Assembly (NCBI GenBank): GCA_965205505.1
Contig: CBDBHB010000008.1
Location: forward strand, 800,001 to 864,000
DNA length: 64,000 nt
Source of the DNA: Acidobacteriota bacterium
GTDB taxonomy: Bacteria > Acidobacteriota > UBA890 > WLXD01
Direction: 5' to 3'
Below, one piece after another: positions 29,217 through 40,474 of this stretch (position 1 is the stretch's first letter; every line of letters starts with the position of its first letter). Both the position numbers and the translations under genes were made by a program. Below the pieces are notes generated by a model, which worked only from the letters and a program-made list of their open reading frames with translations, made no database searches and was not told the DNA's origin.

Positions 29217-29844
29217 ATAGAAAGGATTGTAACCCACTGAAACGCTGTGACTTATGAATCCCAGGCAACCACAGGTTGCCAAGGAAAGCGCACCAGAGCG
29301 CGTTTTGGTTGCCCTGGGCAACCGAGGGGCAACCAGACGGCGAGCACGCCCTAACCGGCTAGGAGACCACCATGCAGCTAGTCCATGACGGACAGCCACC
29401 CACAGACACCGGAGCCATCCAAGCTCCACAACCAGCTTTCGAGCGAACTCAAAAGGAGCCTCGAGCAACTAACGGAGCCCGAAATCCAGCGGATCTGCAC
29501 AGCTATTGGTGACCTCGACGTCGAGTGGTTCGGGTCCACCTACAGGAACGGGATGCATAGGTTCATGACGACCTGGCACCTCATAGCGTTGCTCAGGGCG
29601 CTTCCCTCTCTGCCAACGTGGGTGAGACACGAGCACCCCATGGAATTACTGTAGGGCGGTGGAAGGTGAGAACCGTTGGATCTTGCGCGCTCTGACGATA
29701 GGCTTCACGGGCTCCCCACCCCGCAGCGGTAGCACCATGGAACCCGATACGCGAATAGGCCAGTCCGAGATCCTGTCCCGGTTCGGGTGCAGGCAGGATG
29801 GGGGTCGGGTGCCCCAGACACTGTCCTCCACTGGAGGTAACGAG

Positions 29845-30525
29845 ATGTCTAGCTCATTGGGACTCTGTCGCGGAACGATGCTCGTCGTCGCTACGCTCGC
29901 CTTCCTGATCTCCGCATCACCTTCTGTGCACGGCGGTACCGTCGAGAGGCAGCCTCTCTCGCAGGCGTTCGGCGGTTCCGACACCCAAGCCTTTGGCAAC
30001 TTTCGCCCTAAAGTTTCCATGAAGACACCCTTCAAGAGGCGCGGGCACATGCGCTGGGCCGATGGCTTTAGCTCGCCGCAGGGCGCTGGTGACTCACCGT
30101 GGGGGATTGAGCACGGCGGCATCGATTTCTTCACCAAGAAGGACAAAGCGCCGTTCATAGCGGTCTTTCCTGGCCGTGTGCTATTTGTCCACACGGCAGA
30201 ACAGCCGTTTGGCTGGGCCGTCAACGTCCTGCTCGAGTTCGACGAAGTCTTCATGGCAGAGTATGGCTTTGAGCCCCAGAGTCCGGGGGACGCTCCTCTG
30301 CAGACCCAGCTTGGATTGATGCGGGTTGCCGAGGGAGACCAAGTCAAGCGGGGACAGATTCTCGGATATCTGCATCGCCCGAATGAAGACTCCCATGTCC
30401 ATTTCGGCTTCATTGAGAACTTCACCCACATCTGCCCGGAGCCGTTCTTCAAGAAGAAGGCCGTCAAGAAGATCATGAAGATTCTACGGAAGACCTGGGA
30501 CAAGGATGTGAAAATGTGCTATTGA
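29845..30525 (+). CDS. Secreted M23-family peptidase-like protein
   Basis: GGAGG RBS; HGGID, VAEGDQVKRGQILG, HVHF zinc motifs. Confidence 0.75.
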   Translation: MSSSLGLCRGTMLVVATLAFLISASPSVHGGTVERQPLSQAFGGSDTQAFGNFRPKVSMKTPFKRRGHMRWADGFSSPQGAGDSPWGIEHGGIDFFTKKDKAPFIAVFPGRVLFVHTAEQPFGWAVNVLLEFDEVFMAEYGFEPQSPGDAPLQTQLGLMRVAEGDQVKRGQILGYLHRPNEDSHVHFGFIENFTHICPEPFFKKKAVKKIMKILRKTWDKDVKMCY

Positions 30526-30597
30526 AGACTTCCTTGTTGCTGGCCAAACGGGACGCTCGGCTCTGATTTAATGACCTTGCCCCGCTTTCCCGGACAC

Positions 30598-31593
30598 TTA
30601 GTTAAGATCCATTGTCGTAGTCGTATTAGCGGCTGTGGGAGCTGTTGGCAACGCGGAGCGTTGTCCAAGCGACGGTGGAAATCGGGAGTCGATTTCCACG
30701 GGCGCGTCAGCTTCCACAGCTGATTGGCCGCTCTGGCCTGGCCGCCGCATTGCCGCCTCGAACTGAGCCGGACTCTGGTCTCCGATCGAGGTGTGCATGC
30801 GAGCCCGGTTGTAGAACACTTCGATGTAGTAGAACAACTCGGCTCGGGCCGCCGCCCGGGAACTGAAGCAGCCACCGAGTTGGAACTTCAGGGTAGAGAA
30901 GAAACTCTCCATCGGCGCGTTATCCCAGCAGTCTCCTTTCCTGCTCATGCTGATGGTGAAGCCACGGTCACGCAGCTTGTCTAGGTAATCGTCGCTGCTG
31001 TACTGGCTGCCGCGGTCGCTGTGATGGAGCACTCCGGAACCGGGACGGCGTTGCTCCAAGGCCTAATCCAGGACCGCCAGCGTCAAATCGTCCGTCATCG
31101 TCTCGCTCACCGCCCAGCCGATGATCCGTCGCGAGCACAGATCCATCACCACGGCCAGGTATAGCCATCCTTCCTGCGTCCACAGGTATGTCAGGTCGCC
31201 CACCCAGACGCTGTCCACGGCATCCACCGTGAAGCGCCGTGCCAGCACGTTGGGCGCCGCTGACCGGCCAGGTGTGGGCCGTGTTGTCACCCGGAACCGA
31301 CGGGGTTGGCGAGCTCGAAGTCCTTCCTGGCGCATCAGCCGAGCTACCCGCTTGCGAGAGCAGCGGATCCCTCGTTGCCGAAGTTGCTTGTGGATGCGCG
31401 GACTTCCGTAACGGTCGCGGCTCTCTCGGAATGCAGCTCTGATCTGCACACGTAGACGGCGATCTTCTCGCGCTCTCGGGCTCGGCCCCCTTCCTCGCCA
31501 CTCGTAGTAACCGCCGTGAGACACCTCGAGCATCTTGCACAACCGCCGCACCGGGAACTTGCCGGACAGTTGCTTGATGATCGGGTACTTCAT
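30598..31593 (-). pseudogene. IS3 OrfB DDE transposase with in-frame TAG at 31063-31065
   Basis: YGSPRI, WVGDLTY, LAVLD*ALEQ, HHSDRGSQY, CWDNAPMESFF. Confidence 0.9.
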
Positions 31594-31883
31594 CGCGGGC
31601 GTTCCGAGAAGATCGCCAACGCTTTTTTTAGAATGTCGCGCTCCTGCCGTACTCGCCGCAGGTCCCGCCGTAGCTGTTGCCCGTCCAGGTCCTGGTCGGG
31701 CATCTTCCCCGCGCCCGGAAACGCCGTGACCCCCTGCTCCTGGAGCTGTTTGCGCCACTTGGTCAACATGCCGCGGCCAACACCCAGATCCCGGGCCACC
31801 TCAGACACCGGATGGCCCAGCTGCGTCACCATCCTCACTGCCTCAATCTTGAACTCGCGACTGTACCGCCGTCGTGACCCCAT
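31590..31883 (-). CDS. IS3 OrfA (HTH) with A7G -1 frameshift motif at 31622-31629
   Basis: RRRYSREFKIEAV...ERDILKKA; AAAAAAAG slippery site. Confidence 0.92.
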   Translation of the reverse strand: MGSRRRYSREFKIEAVRMVTQLGHPVSEVARDLGVGRGMLTKWRKQLQEQGVTAFPGAGKMPDQDLDGQQLRRDLRRVRQERDILKKALAIFSERPR

Positions 31884-31955
31884 GCTTCACCTCCGAGCCC
31901 ATTATCGGGCTTCCAAAGGTGTCCGGGAAATCGGGGGAGGCCCATAACGCCATCA

Positions 31956-33079
31956 ATGGACCGATCTCTAAGGGAGGCGATTCAGATGTCTAGGAGAGAA
32001 TTCGCGCACTGTCGTAGGTACCTGTCAGCTTGGACCCTACTGTTGCTAATGGCGTCCATGTCGGCCTCGGTTAAGGTCGCCAATGCTGCTTCGGCCATCG
32101 ACATCCATGGGCGCGCGTACTTCGTTGTTGTGGAGGGCGTCGGCGACAATTCGTTTCCGTTATATGTCCGATTCGGGCAGGACGGCGATCGGCTCTACGG
32201 CACCATGATCAGAGAGCAGATCTCCGACCCTTTCGATTTCAAGTTCGGCCTGGACAAGATCCTTCTCCGCGACGGTACTGTCAAGGGAAAGAAGATCACG
32301 CTGTTCTTCGACGGCGGGCGCCTCGAGGGCAAGGTTAAAAAGGGTGGAGCGCAGATCCAGGCGACGCTGATTCCGGATACCGGCGGACGGAGCGGTTCAC
32401 CCTGCAAGCCATCCTGGATGGGGATCTGTTCACCAGCATGTACCTCGGTGATGCCGACTCGGACGTTGCGCGTGTCCGGGCGGGGGCAGCGCCAGACACC
32501 ATGCTGGTCGGCTTGGATCCAAGCGGGACCATGTCTATCGTGTTCTGGCTGCCAGTGTTTGAGGGTTTCGACGATGAGTTCCTCAACATCTTCGACGAGG
32601 TGGATTTCGATCCCGCCACCGGGCAGTTCTCCCTACCATTTGAGGAGGGCATAGGGCTTGAAGGCGAGATCGATGGCGACGGAAACATGACCGTGGCGCT
32701 CATGCTCCAAGATCCGGAAGGGGAGTTGAATAACGGGCAGCTGTTCGAAGTGACCGGCACGCTCCGCTACTTCGGTGCTGCGCGCAACAAGCCGAAGCTC
32801 AAGACGCCGAAACCAAAAAAGATCAAGTCGGGAACAACGACTACGGTCAAGATCAAGCACAATTCTGTAGTGTCGGGAGCCTTGGTTACCGAAGAGACGG
32901 AGGACGTCGCCATTGTTTCCTACCGCGTCACGTCCGGAGCGCTAGGTCGCGCAGCGGGCGGCACCATCCAGGTCGAGTTGTTGGTTGACGATGCGGCTTC
33001 GGGAAGCACGATTCTGCTGAGCGTGACCAACCCTGACGGCCAGTCCGCTGACGCAAAGAAGGTCATCAAGGTCAAGTAA
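31956..33079 (+). CDS. Secreted beta-rich protein with C-terminal Ig/IPT-like domain; frameshift near 32390
   Basis: ORFs 31956..32654 and 32438..33079 join at ggcggacgg; VTNPDGQS motif. Confidence 0.6.
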
Positions 33080-33190
33080 AGCGGCTCGTGCCGACGGACC
33101 CCTAGCGGCCTCTGCATAGTCTCGGGAGCCACCTAGCAACGTTCGATTCCGCTCGCCCGTAACGGGCCGGCGGCGCTCGAGGCGGCAGGT

Positions 33191-33412
33191 TTGCTTGGTG
33201 CAGACGAGAAGATGGGCAAGGTAGGCCTAGGCCCACATGTGCTCCGACACACCTGGATCACGCACCGGCTACAGGAAGGCGTACCGCTGCCCGATGTCTC
33301 GAAGGCGGCCGGACACAGCTCACCGACCACTACGTTGAGGGTCTACGCGCACGCGATGCCGAGCGAGAACCGAGAGCGTCTAAGGGTGGACCTGGACGCC
33401 TTGCTATCATGA
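33191..33412 (+). pseudogene. Tyrosine recombinase C-terminal fragment
   Basis: HVLRHT...GHSSPTTTLRVYAH (HxxR, H, Y catalytic residues). Confidence 0.88.
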
Positions 33413-33745
33413 CGAAAGGAGGGGTCGCTGAGACGGGCTGGGCAACCCACAGGCAACCGAGGCTCATTTCATGGCACCGTCGACGGTGACGTAAGTTGCC
33501 ATGACCGCTCCCGGCTGTTGATCACGCGACCTGGTCTGCTAATGGCGCGTTGGCTCTAGAGCAACAGGGAAAATCAGTACATCGGTTGCATCGACGAGCC
33601 GGAAGGGTGTCCCGGAGAGACTGTAGAATGCTCCCCGAACTACTCAGGACGCTAGCAGGGTGCTGGGGAAACCTCTGTTAGACGTCGTGGTACCGCACTG
33701 TAATGTTGCGGCGATCCGACCCTACAGGCCACGCTCAGCCTCGAA

Positions 33746-34462
33746 ATGACGCTCCGACGAGTATCGACCGCAATCCTGTTCGTCGCCTCTCTCGTCCCGC
33801 AGCCCCTTGGTCAGACCACTGGCTCCGGTTGGACCGAGGCAGTTGCGTTCCCGGCATCGGAGTCACCTGTGGAACTGTTCAACGGTCACGACTTAACCGG
33901 TTGGGAGGGTCAAACCGAGACCTACTGGTCAGTAGAGTCCGGGCTGATCAAAGGCGGAAATCGTCACCCCAGCCCGGTGAGCACGTACCTCTTCACGACC
34001 AAGAGCTTTCGCGATTTCCGACTGCTCTTCGAGGTCTTACAGACCAGGGGACCAAACTTTTCCACGATGCACTCGGCGGTGGCAGTCCTCGGCGAGAGGT
34101 TCGAGGACATTGGGGAGTCGTTCGGCTTCAAGGGGCCCCTGCTGATGTTCTGCAACGACTGGGGTATCTGGGATGCGCATCGTCGTGACCGGATCTACCC
34201 GCCCAACAACGATGGGGGCTGGCGCCATCCGACGGAGAACGTCGGCGATTGGAATCGAATCGAGGTACTCGTGGTCGGCGACCGGATCCGCATGGTCGCC
34301 AACGGCCAACTGGTGATCGATTTCACCGATGCACAGGAGATGCTGAGCACGTCGCCGATCGGGTTGCAGCTGCACAGCAACGAGCGTCCGCAGGAGTTCC
34401 GTTTTCGCGGGCTGATTCTCTCGGAGGACCCCGAGGATCAACTCCTCACCCTCGAGCCGTGA
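33746..34462 (+). CDS. DUF1080 (3-keto-disaccharide hydrolase-like) protein
   Basis: LFNGHDLTGW, WNRIEV, IGLQLH, FRGL. Confidence 0.88.
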   Translation: MTLRRVSTAILFVASLVPQPLGQTTGSGWTEAVAFPASESPVELFNGHDLTGWEGQTETYWSVESGLIKGGNRHPSPVSTYLFTTKSFRDFRLLFEVLQTRGPNFSTMHSAVAVLGERFEDIGESFGFKGPLLMFCNDWGIWDAHRRDRIYPPNNDGGWRHPTENVGDWNRIEVLVVGDRIRMVANGQLVIDFTDAQEMLSTSPIGLQLHSNERPQEFRFRGLILSEDPEDQLLTLEP

Positions 34463-34523
34463 GCGTGTTGCGAATCCCCGTCGCTCCTGGCGATCGGCCA
34501 AGGCCGATCGTTCACAACCAAAC

Positions 34524-35639
34524 ATGAACAACCCGGCGGCTCCGACATCAGAGCGGTTGCATTCGCTCGACCTCTTCCGCGGGCTGACGATGTTCCTGCT
34601 CGTCGCCGAGGGAACGCTCCTGTACTCCTCGTCGCTGCAGCTGGTGACGCCGGGGTCGTTCCGGCATGCGCTGCTGATGCAGTTTCATCATCATCCGTGG
34701 AACGGACTCCGGTTCTGGGATCTGGTGCAGCCCTACTTCATGTTCATCGTCGGTGTGGCGATGACCTTCTCCATCGCCGCTCGCTGCCGGCGGGATGATT
34801 CCTGGAAAGAGATCACCCGGCACATCCTCGTGCGCTGCCTGATTCTGTTCTTTCTCGGTGTCATCCTGCATTGCGGCTACGCGGGCAGGCTCGTCTGGGA
34901 GCTCTGGAACGTCCTCACCCAGCTGTCGTTCACCATCCTGGTGGCGTTCATCGTCTACAGGATGCGGGCGAGAACTCAGATGGCTGTCTCGATCGGCCTG
35001 CTGGTGCTCACCGAGCTGCTCTACCGCACCGTTCTGTTCGAGGGATTCGATCAGCCGTTCGTCGAGGACCGGAACTTCGGCGCCTGGATGGACACCGTGC
35101 TCATGGGGAAGATCAACGGCGACGGGTGGGTAGCAATCAACTGCCTCCCCACCGCCGCCCACACCATCTGGGGCGTGCTGGCGGGCAAGCTGCTGATGAG
35201 CTCGCGCGACGAGCTCGACAAGATCAAAAGGCTGGCAGCCTATGGTGCGATCGGTCTCTTGGTCGGCTACGGGATGGATTGGGCGAGCATCACACCGATC
35301 ATCAAGCGGATCGCCACCAGCTCCTTCACGATCGCTTCCGGCGGCTGGTGCCTGGTCACGCTGGCCGCCTGCTACTGGGCCATCGACCGCCGCGGCTGGC
35401 GTCGCTGGACGGACGTCTTCGCGATCGTCGGGATGAACTCGATCTTCATCTACATGTTCAGCCAGACCCTCGGGAAGCAGTGGTTCAACGGCTTCGTCGG
35501 GATCTTCGCGGTCGGCGTGCTCGAGGGCCTCGGGGTGACGACGGGCGTTGCCGCCCTGGGCAACTCGCTCGTAGTACTCGGTCTCGAGTGGACCCTGTGC
35601 TACTGGCTCTACCGGCGCCGGATCTTCATCAAGATCTGA
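34524..35639 (+). CDS. NagX/DUF5009 heparan-alpha-glucosaminide N-acetyltransferase-like membrane protein
   Basis: RLHSLDLFRG, DLVQPYFMFIVG, PIIKRIATSSF, GMNSIFIY. Confidence 0.9.
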   Translation: MNNPAAPTSERLHSLDLFRGLTMFLLVAEGTLLYSSSLQLVTPGSFRHALLMQFHHHPWNGLRFWDLVQPYFMFIVGVAMTFSIAARCRRDDSWKEITRHILVRCLILFFLGVILHCGYAGRLVWELWNVLTQLSFTILVAFIVYRMRARTQMAVSIGLLVLTELLYRTVLFEGFDQPFVEDRNFGAWMDTVLMGKINGDGWVAINCLPTAAHTIWGVLAGKLLMSSRDELDKIKRLAAYGAIGLLVGYGMDWASITPIIKRIATSSFTIASGGWCLVTLAACYWAIDRRGWRRWTDVFAIVGMNSIFIYMFSQTLGKQWFNGFVGIFAVGVLEGLGVTTGVAALGNSLVVLGLEWTLCYWLYRRRIFIKI

Positions 35640-37730
35640 GATCGACGGCCTCGACCAGCCGGCGGACGGCGGGCACGATCATGATGAGGAGCTCGGCGCG
35701 CGGCGCCTGGCCGCGCTCCAGGACCTCGAGCTGTGCCCGTCGCCAGCCCTCAGTGGCGCTGTCGCCCTCCAGTCGATCGATCGCCTCGAGACCGACTCGG
35801 GTCACCGCCGCCACCTCGGAGACCAGCGGCCAGATCTCCTCGAGCAGGAACGAGCTTCCCAGCTCGGCCTGCAGTCCGGCAGCGGCCTGGTGCCAGCCGG
35901 CAAGCCGTTGTCTGATGGCCGCGCCGCTCGCCCGGCGCTCGTCGGGTTGCTGCGCGTCGGCGTTCAGGTACCGCTCGATCAGCTGGCCGAACCGACGGGC
36001 GGCGCGGCTCTCCGGTCGCACCGCATCGACGAGGCGATTCATGGAGGTGCGGCTGCTGTAGGCGCGTGCCCGGTGTCGGTCGTAGCCCTTGACGGGCTCG
36101 AGCAGGTCGGCGATTGCCTGGAGCGACTCGATGGACCTGTAGCCCGTGAGGCGCTGCAGCATGGGGCGGTAGTTGCTGCGATGGGTCAGGCCGAGCCACT
36201 CGAGCCGCCGGTACATGTCGTCGACATCGCGCACCACCGCGGATGACCAGAGCCGTTCGGCGATGGCCGCCGTCCGCGGCCAGATGCGCGACTCGACGTT
36301 CTCCGCCGTGGCGAGCTCGCCCCACATAGTCGCCTCACCGCCGAGGATCCTCGTGGCCTCGTCGGGCCCCAGCCGGGAGATCGCCGGCCATCGGCTCGAC
36401 GGCGTAGTGGCGAGCGGCCGAATGCATGAGGTCGATGTAGTAGCCATTCGAGAGGATGGCGCGGTAGCCGTCGAGGGCGGCCTCGGCCAGCGACTCGTGG
36501 CCGCGCCAAGACTGCACCACGGTGTCTTTCGGGAGCTCACGGTGGATGATCTCGTCCCACCCCACCATCGTCTTACCGTACTTGGCGAGGATGACGGAGA
36601 CGCGCTGGTTGAAGTAGGCCTGCAGGTCGCGATGGTCGGCCATGCCCTGCTCGGCCATGAAGGTCTCGATCGCCTCGCTGGCGCCCCACTGGACGCCGTT
36701 GACCTCGTCGCCGCCGATGTGGAAATAGGCGTCATCGAACAGCGCTGCCATCTCTCCGAAGAGGACATCGAGGAACTCGTAGACCTCCTCTTTGCTCGGA
36801 TCCATGACCGGTTCCTTGACCCCCCCAGGTGCGCACCAGCCTGTAGGGACCGGGGGCGCTGGCGAGCTCCGGGTAGCCGATCAGCCAGCTGCTCGAGTGT
36901 CCCGGGATATCGAGCTCGGGCATTACCCGGATGCCGCGGTCGCGGGCGTAGGCGATGATCTCGCGCACCTCGTCCTGGGTGTAGTAGCTGCCATCGGACC
37001 CCAGTTGGTGAAGCTTCGGGAAGACCTTGCTCTCGACCCGGAAGCCCTGGTCCTCGGTAAGGTGCCAGTGCAGGACGTTGAGCTTGACCGCCGCCATCCC
37101 GTCCAGCGTTCGCTTCAGCGTCGCCAGCGGCAGAAACATCCGCCCGGTGTCCAGCAGCAGCCCACGCCAGGGAAACCGGGGCGCATCCTGGATTGTCAGC
37201 GCCGGCACGCCGAAGCCGTTTCCCTGTGCCTGGACCAACTGCAGGAAGGTCTCGATGCCCCGGAGCGCGCCGACCGGCGTCAGGGCGCTCAAAAGAGCGG
37301 CATGCTCGGTGACCTCCAGCGCGTATGACTCGTTCGCGTCGACGGACTGAACTTCTTCTCCCGGACCGTCCACCCGGATGCGCAGCGTCGGTGTTGGTTG
37401 ATCGGCAGAGTCGTCGAGGCTCGGGGTCCAAGCTGTGTCGGTGAGCGACCGAGGGAAGCGCAGCCCGGTCTGCGCCCGCAGTCGGGCATAGAGTCGCCCG
37501 ACGGCCCGTTCCAGTCGCGGCTCTCGGAAGCCGGTGAGTGCAACGCGGAACCGGTCTCCGATCTCCAGCGAGCCCGCCCGCAGGATCACCGCCCGTGGCA
37601 TGGGGAGAAGGCTCAGGTCGTTCGACTGGGCTGCGCTCTCTGGGGCGGCGCTGGCCGACGTCGAGGCAACGAGGACCATGAGCGGCAACAGGCTCGAGGG
37701 CGAGAGGAGCGATCGGATGATCGTCATCAC
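35629..37730 (-). CDS. GH20 beta-N-acetylhexosaminidase with frameshifts near 36820 and 36380
   Basis: DAPRFPWRG, NVLHWHLTEDQG, PELDIPGH, HIGGDE, GGEATMW, WPRTAAIAERLWS spread over three frames. Confidence 0.9.
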
Positions 37731-37736
37731 GGACGA

Positions 37737-38342
37737 CTACTGCGTCAGCTGCCGGAGCTGATCGATCACGTCCGCGGCCGGTGGACGCAGGCGGTAGTTG
37801 GTCTCGACAAACAGGTACCGGACGATCCCGTCAACGTCGAGGATGACCACGGCCGGGTGCGGGATCAGGCTGTCACTATCAGCTTCGTTGAGCAGGCCCC
37901 ATGCCTTGATAGCCTCGGCATCAGGGTCGAGCAAGAAGGGGAACTCGAAACCCTCCTCCTTACGATAGGCCCGCAGCTTGTCGGTGTCGTCGTTGGCAAT
38001 GGCCCAAAACTCGGCCCCGGTAGCCCGGATGTCGTCCATGGCTTCATGCAGCTGCACGAGCTGCTCGCGGCAGAACGGTCACCAGGTGCCCCGGAAGAAA
38101 AGCAGCATCAGCGGGCGCTCGCCGCGGGCCGCCGCCAGGTCATAGACGTCGCCGTCGGTGGATTCGAGCGAGAACGTCGAGGGCGGCAGCTGGCCGACCT
38201 CGAGCAGCGTCTCGTGCGGCGGCCCTAGCGCCAGTCGATCGGCATCCTGAGCGTGGGCACTGGCTGGCCCCACGAGGGTAAACAATAGCGGCAACGCCAG
38301 ACGCGCCCATGACAACGGTGGCAACGAGAAGCGACCTTTCAC
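37737..38342 (-). CDS. AhpC/TSA (peroxiredoxin-like) selenoprotein with UxxC motif; Sec TGA at 38079-38081
   Basis: FFRGTW-TGA-PFCREQLVQL joins two same-frame ORFs; the TGA occupies the first Cys position of CxxC. Confidence 0.88.
38048..38064 (-). promoter_or_regulatory. Candidate bacterial SECIS hairpin
   Basis: GCAGCU-CGUGC-AGCUGC, 14 nt after the UGA, with GU in the loop. Confidence 0.6.
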
Positions 38343-38472
38343 CGGACCTCCGTGAGGTTGGATGTTACTCGCGCGCGTCGGCCGACCGGGTCGGCGACGG
38401 ACGTTACAGGCAACACCGGAGCAGCGTGCGCCCTGATGCGCTCGAGCCGGGATCGAGATCGTAACACCGAGT

Positions 38473-38501
38473 TTGACAGGGTACAGGGGGGCCGCTAGCT
38501 T
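38473..38501 (+). promoter_or_regulatory. Candidate sigma70 promoter of frdABCD
   Basis: TTGACA-17 bp-TAGCTT. Confidence 0.5.
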
Positions 38502-38693
38502 ACGATCGGAGCCGCCGTACAGCCGCTAACAGCTACCGTGGAGAGCACGATCTCATGTCGACGCCGGCTGGACCGGTAGCTACCGTTGGCTTCGGCACCA
38601 CCTCTCGTCGCGGTAGCTGGTGGCGCCTGTCACTGCTGACCTTCCTGGGCCTCGGCGCGAGAGCCGTTGGCAGTACCGGGAGCAACTAAACCC

Positions 38694-40472
38694 ATGAGCG
38701 TACGGCACGACGTGGTGATCGTCGGTGGAGGTGGTGCGGGGCTGCGGGCGGCGATCGCCATCGCCGAGATTAACCCCTCCCTGAGCGTTGCGGTGGTAAG
38801 CAAAGTCTACCCAATGCGCAGCCACACGGTGGCAGCTGAGGGCGGTGCCGCGGCAGTGATCAAAGACAACGACAGCCTTGAAGATCATTTCCGAGACACC
38901 GTCGGCGGCAGTGACTGGCTGGCCGATCAGGACGCGGTCGAGCTGTTTGTCAACGAAGCGCCGGCCGAAATGATCCAGCTCGAGCACTGGGGCTGTCCGT
39001 GGAGCCGAGAGCCGGACGGCACGGTTGCAGTGCGGCCATTCGGAGGCATGAAGATCGAACGGACATGGTTTGCCTCCGACAAGACCGGCTTCCACATGTT
39101 GCACGCGTTGTATCAGACGTCTCTCAAGTACAGCCCGATTGCCAGTTATGACGAGTCGTTCGCGACAAAGATCTTGGTAGAGAACGGGCGTTGCCAGGGC
39201 GTCAGTGCGCTCGATCTACAGACCGGCAGGGTCGAGACGATTATTGCCAATGCCGTCATCCTTTGCACCGGCGGGGCCGGGAGGGTATTCCCGTTCACAA
39301 CCAACGGGGCGATCAAGACCGGCGACGGGATGGCCATGGCCTACCGCGCCGGAGTCGCCCTCAAGGACATGGAGTTCATCCAATACCACCCCACCGGGCT
39401 GCCCGGAACCGGCATTCTCATCACCGAGGCTTCACGGGGAGAGGGAGGTATCCTCGTCAACAAGGACGGATACCGGTACTTGCAGGACTACGATCTGGGA
39501 ACGCCACTGCAGGTCACCGACCCCGAGCACCCGGTCAAGAAGAGTATGGAGCTGGGTCCTCGCGACCGACTCAGCCAGGCGTTCGTCAAGGAATTGGAAC
39601 AAGGTCGGACGATACCCGGGCCGCACGGAGATGTCGTTCATCTCGACATACGACACCTCGGCGAGAAGAAAATCGACAAGAAGCTGCCTTTCGTGCGCGA
39701 GCTAGCTAGGAACTACGCCCGCATCGACCCGGTATACGAGCCCATTCCCGTGCGCCCCGTCATTCACTACATCATGGGCGGTGTCGACACCGATACCGAC
39801 GGCGCCACATCGCTTCCGGGATTGTTCGCGGCGGGCGAGGTCGCCTGCGTGTCGATCAACGGGGCGAATCGCCTCGGCTCCAACTCTCTGACCGAGCTCC
39901 TCGTCTTCGGCGCGCGTGCCGGACGGGCGGCGGCTATCTTCGCAGCCCAGAACCCGAACCCTGACGTCGAGGCAGTGGAGAAGCAAGGCGGCGACGAGCA
40001 AGAGCGCATCGCCCGGGACTTCATTCGCAAGGAGGGCGGTACGGAGAGGATCGCTACCCTCCGCAGGGAGATGAACGAGACGATGGAAAGCGGCGCCGGC
40101 ATCTACCGTTCCGAACAGGGCCTCAGAGAGACGTGTGACACGCTGATGGAATTGAGGCAACGCTTCTCGAATCTCTTGATCGAAGACCGAAGCCTGACCT
40201 TCAATACCGAGCTCACCTCCGCTCTTGAGCTCGACTTCATGCTCGACGTGGCGCTCGCCATCGGTCGCAGTGCCCTGGCACGAACCGAGAGTCGCGGCTC
40301 GCACCAGCGCACCGATCACCCCGATCGTGACGACGAGAACTTTCTCAAACACTCCCTTGCGTTCCGCACCGACGACGGGCTTCGCATCGACCACAAGGAT
40401 GTCGTCATCACCAAGTGGCCACCCGAGGAACGCATTTACGGTAGACAGACGTTGAGCGCGGACACGCACTGA
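38694..40472 (+). CDS. frdA: Fumarate reductase flavoprotein subunit
   Basis: [32 protein letters not shown]. Confidence 0.93.
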   Translation: MSVRHDVVIVGGGGAGLRAAIAIAEINPSLSVAVVSKVYPMRSHTVAAEGGAAAVIKDNDSLEDHFRDTVGGSDWLADQDAVELFVNEAPAEMIQLEHWGCPWSREPDGTVAVRPFGGMKIERTWFASDKTGFHMLHALYQTSLKYSPIASYDESFATKILVENGRCQGVSALDLQTGRVETIIANAVILCTGGAGRVFPFTTNGAIKTGDGMAMAYRAGVALKDMEFIQYHPTGLPGTGILITEASRGEGGILVNKDGYRYLQDYDLGTPLQVTDPEHPVKKSMELGPRDRLSQAFVKELEQGRTIPGPHGDVVHLDIRHLGEKKIDKKLPFVRELARNYARIDPVYEPIPVRPVIHYIMGGVDTDTDGATSLPGLFAAGEVACVSINGANRLGSNSLTELLVFGARAGRAAAIFAAQNPNPDVEAVEKQGGDEQERIARDFIRKEGGTERIATLRREMNETMESGAGIYRSEQGLRETCDTLMELRQRFSNLLIEDRSLTFNTELTSALELDFMLDVALAIGRSALARTESRGSHQRTDHPDRDDENFLKHSLAFRTDDGLRIDHKDVVITKWPPEERIYGRQTLSADTH

Positions 40473-40474
40473 CG

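Larger units (their letters stand above)
30572..31944 (-). mobile_element. IS3-family insertion sequence, 1373 bp, with 3-bp TAA target duplication
   Basis: Terminal inverted repeats TGACCTTGCCCCGCTTTCCCGGACAC / TGGGCCTCCCCCGATTTCCCGGACAC; TAA at 30569-30571 and 31945-31947. Confidence 0.93.
29230..33470. mobile_element. Decayed tyrosine-integrase genomic island
   Basis: GGCAACC repeats at both ends (29264, 29274rc, 29307rc, 29317, 29328; 33441, 33452) and an integrase remnant at the right end. Confidence 0.65.

Noticed and set aside
29240-29275. tRNA gene at the island border
   Set aside because: Only an 11-nt anticodon-like scrap; no D or T arms or acceptor stem
33610-33700. Glycine riboswitch suggested by GGAGAGAC
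   Set aside because: Remaining conserved elements and stems are absent in the right order
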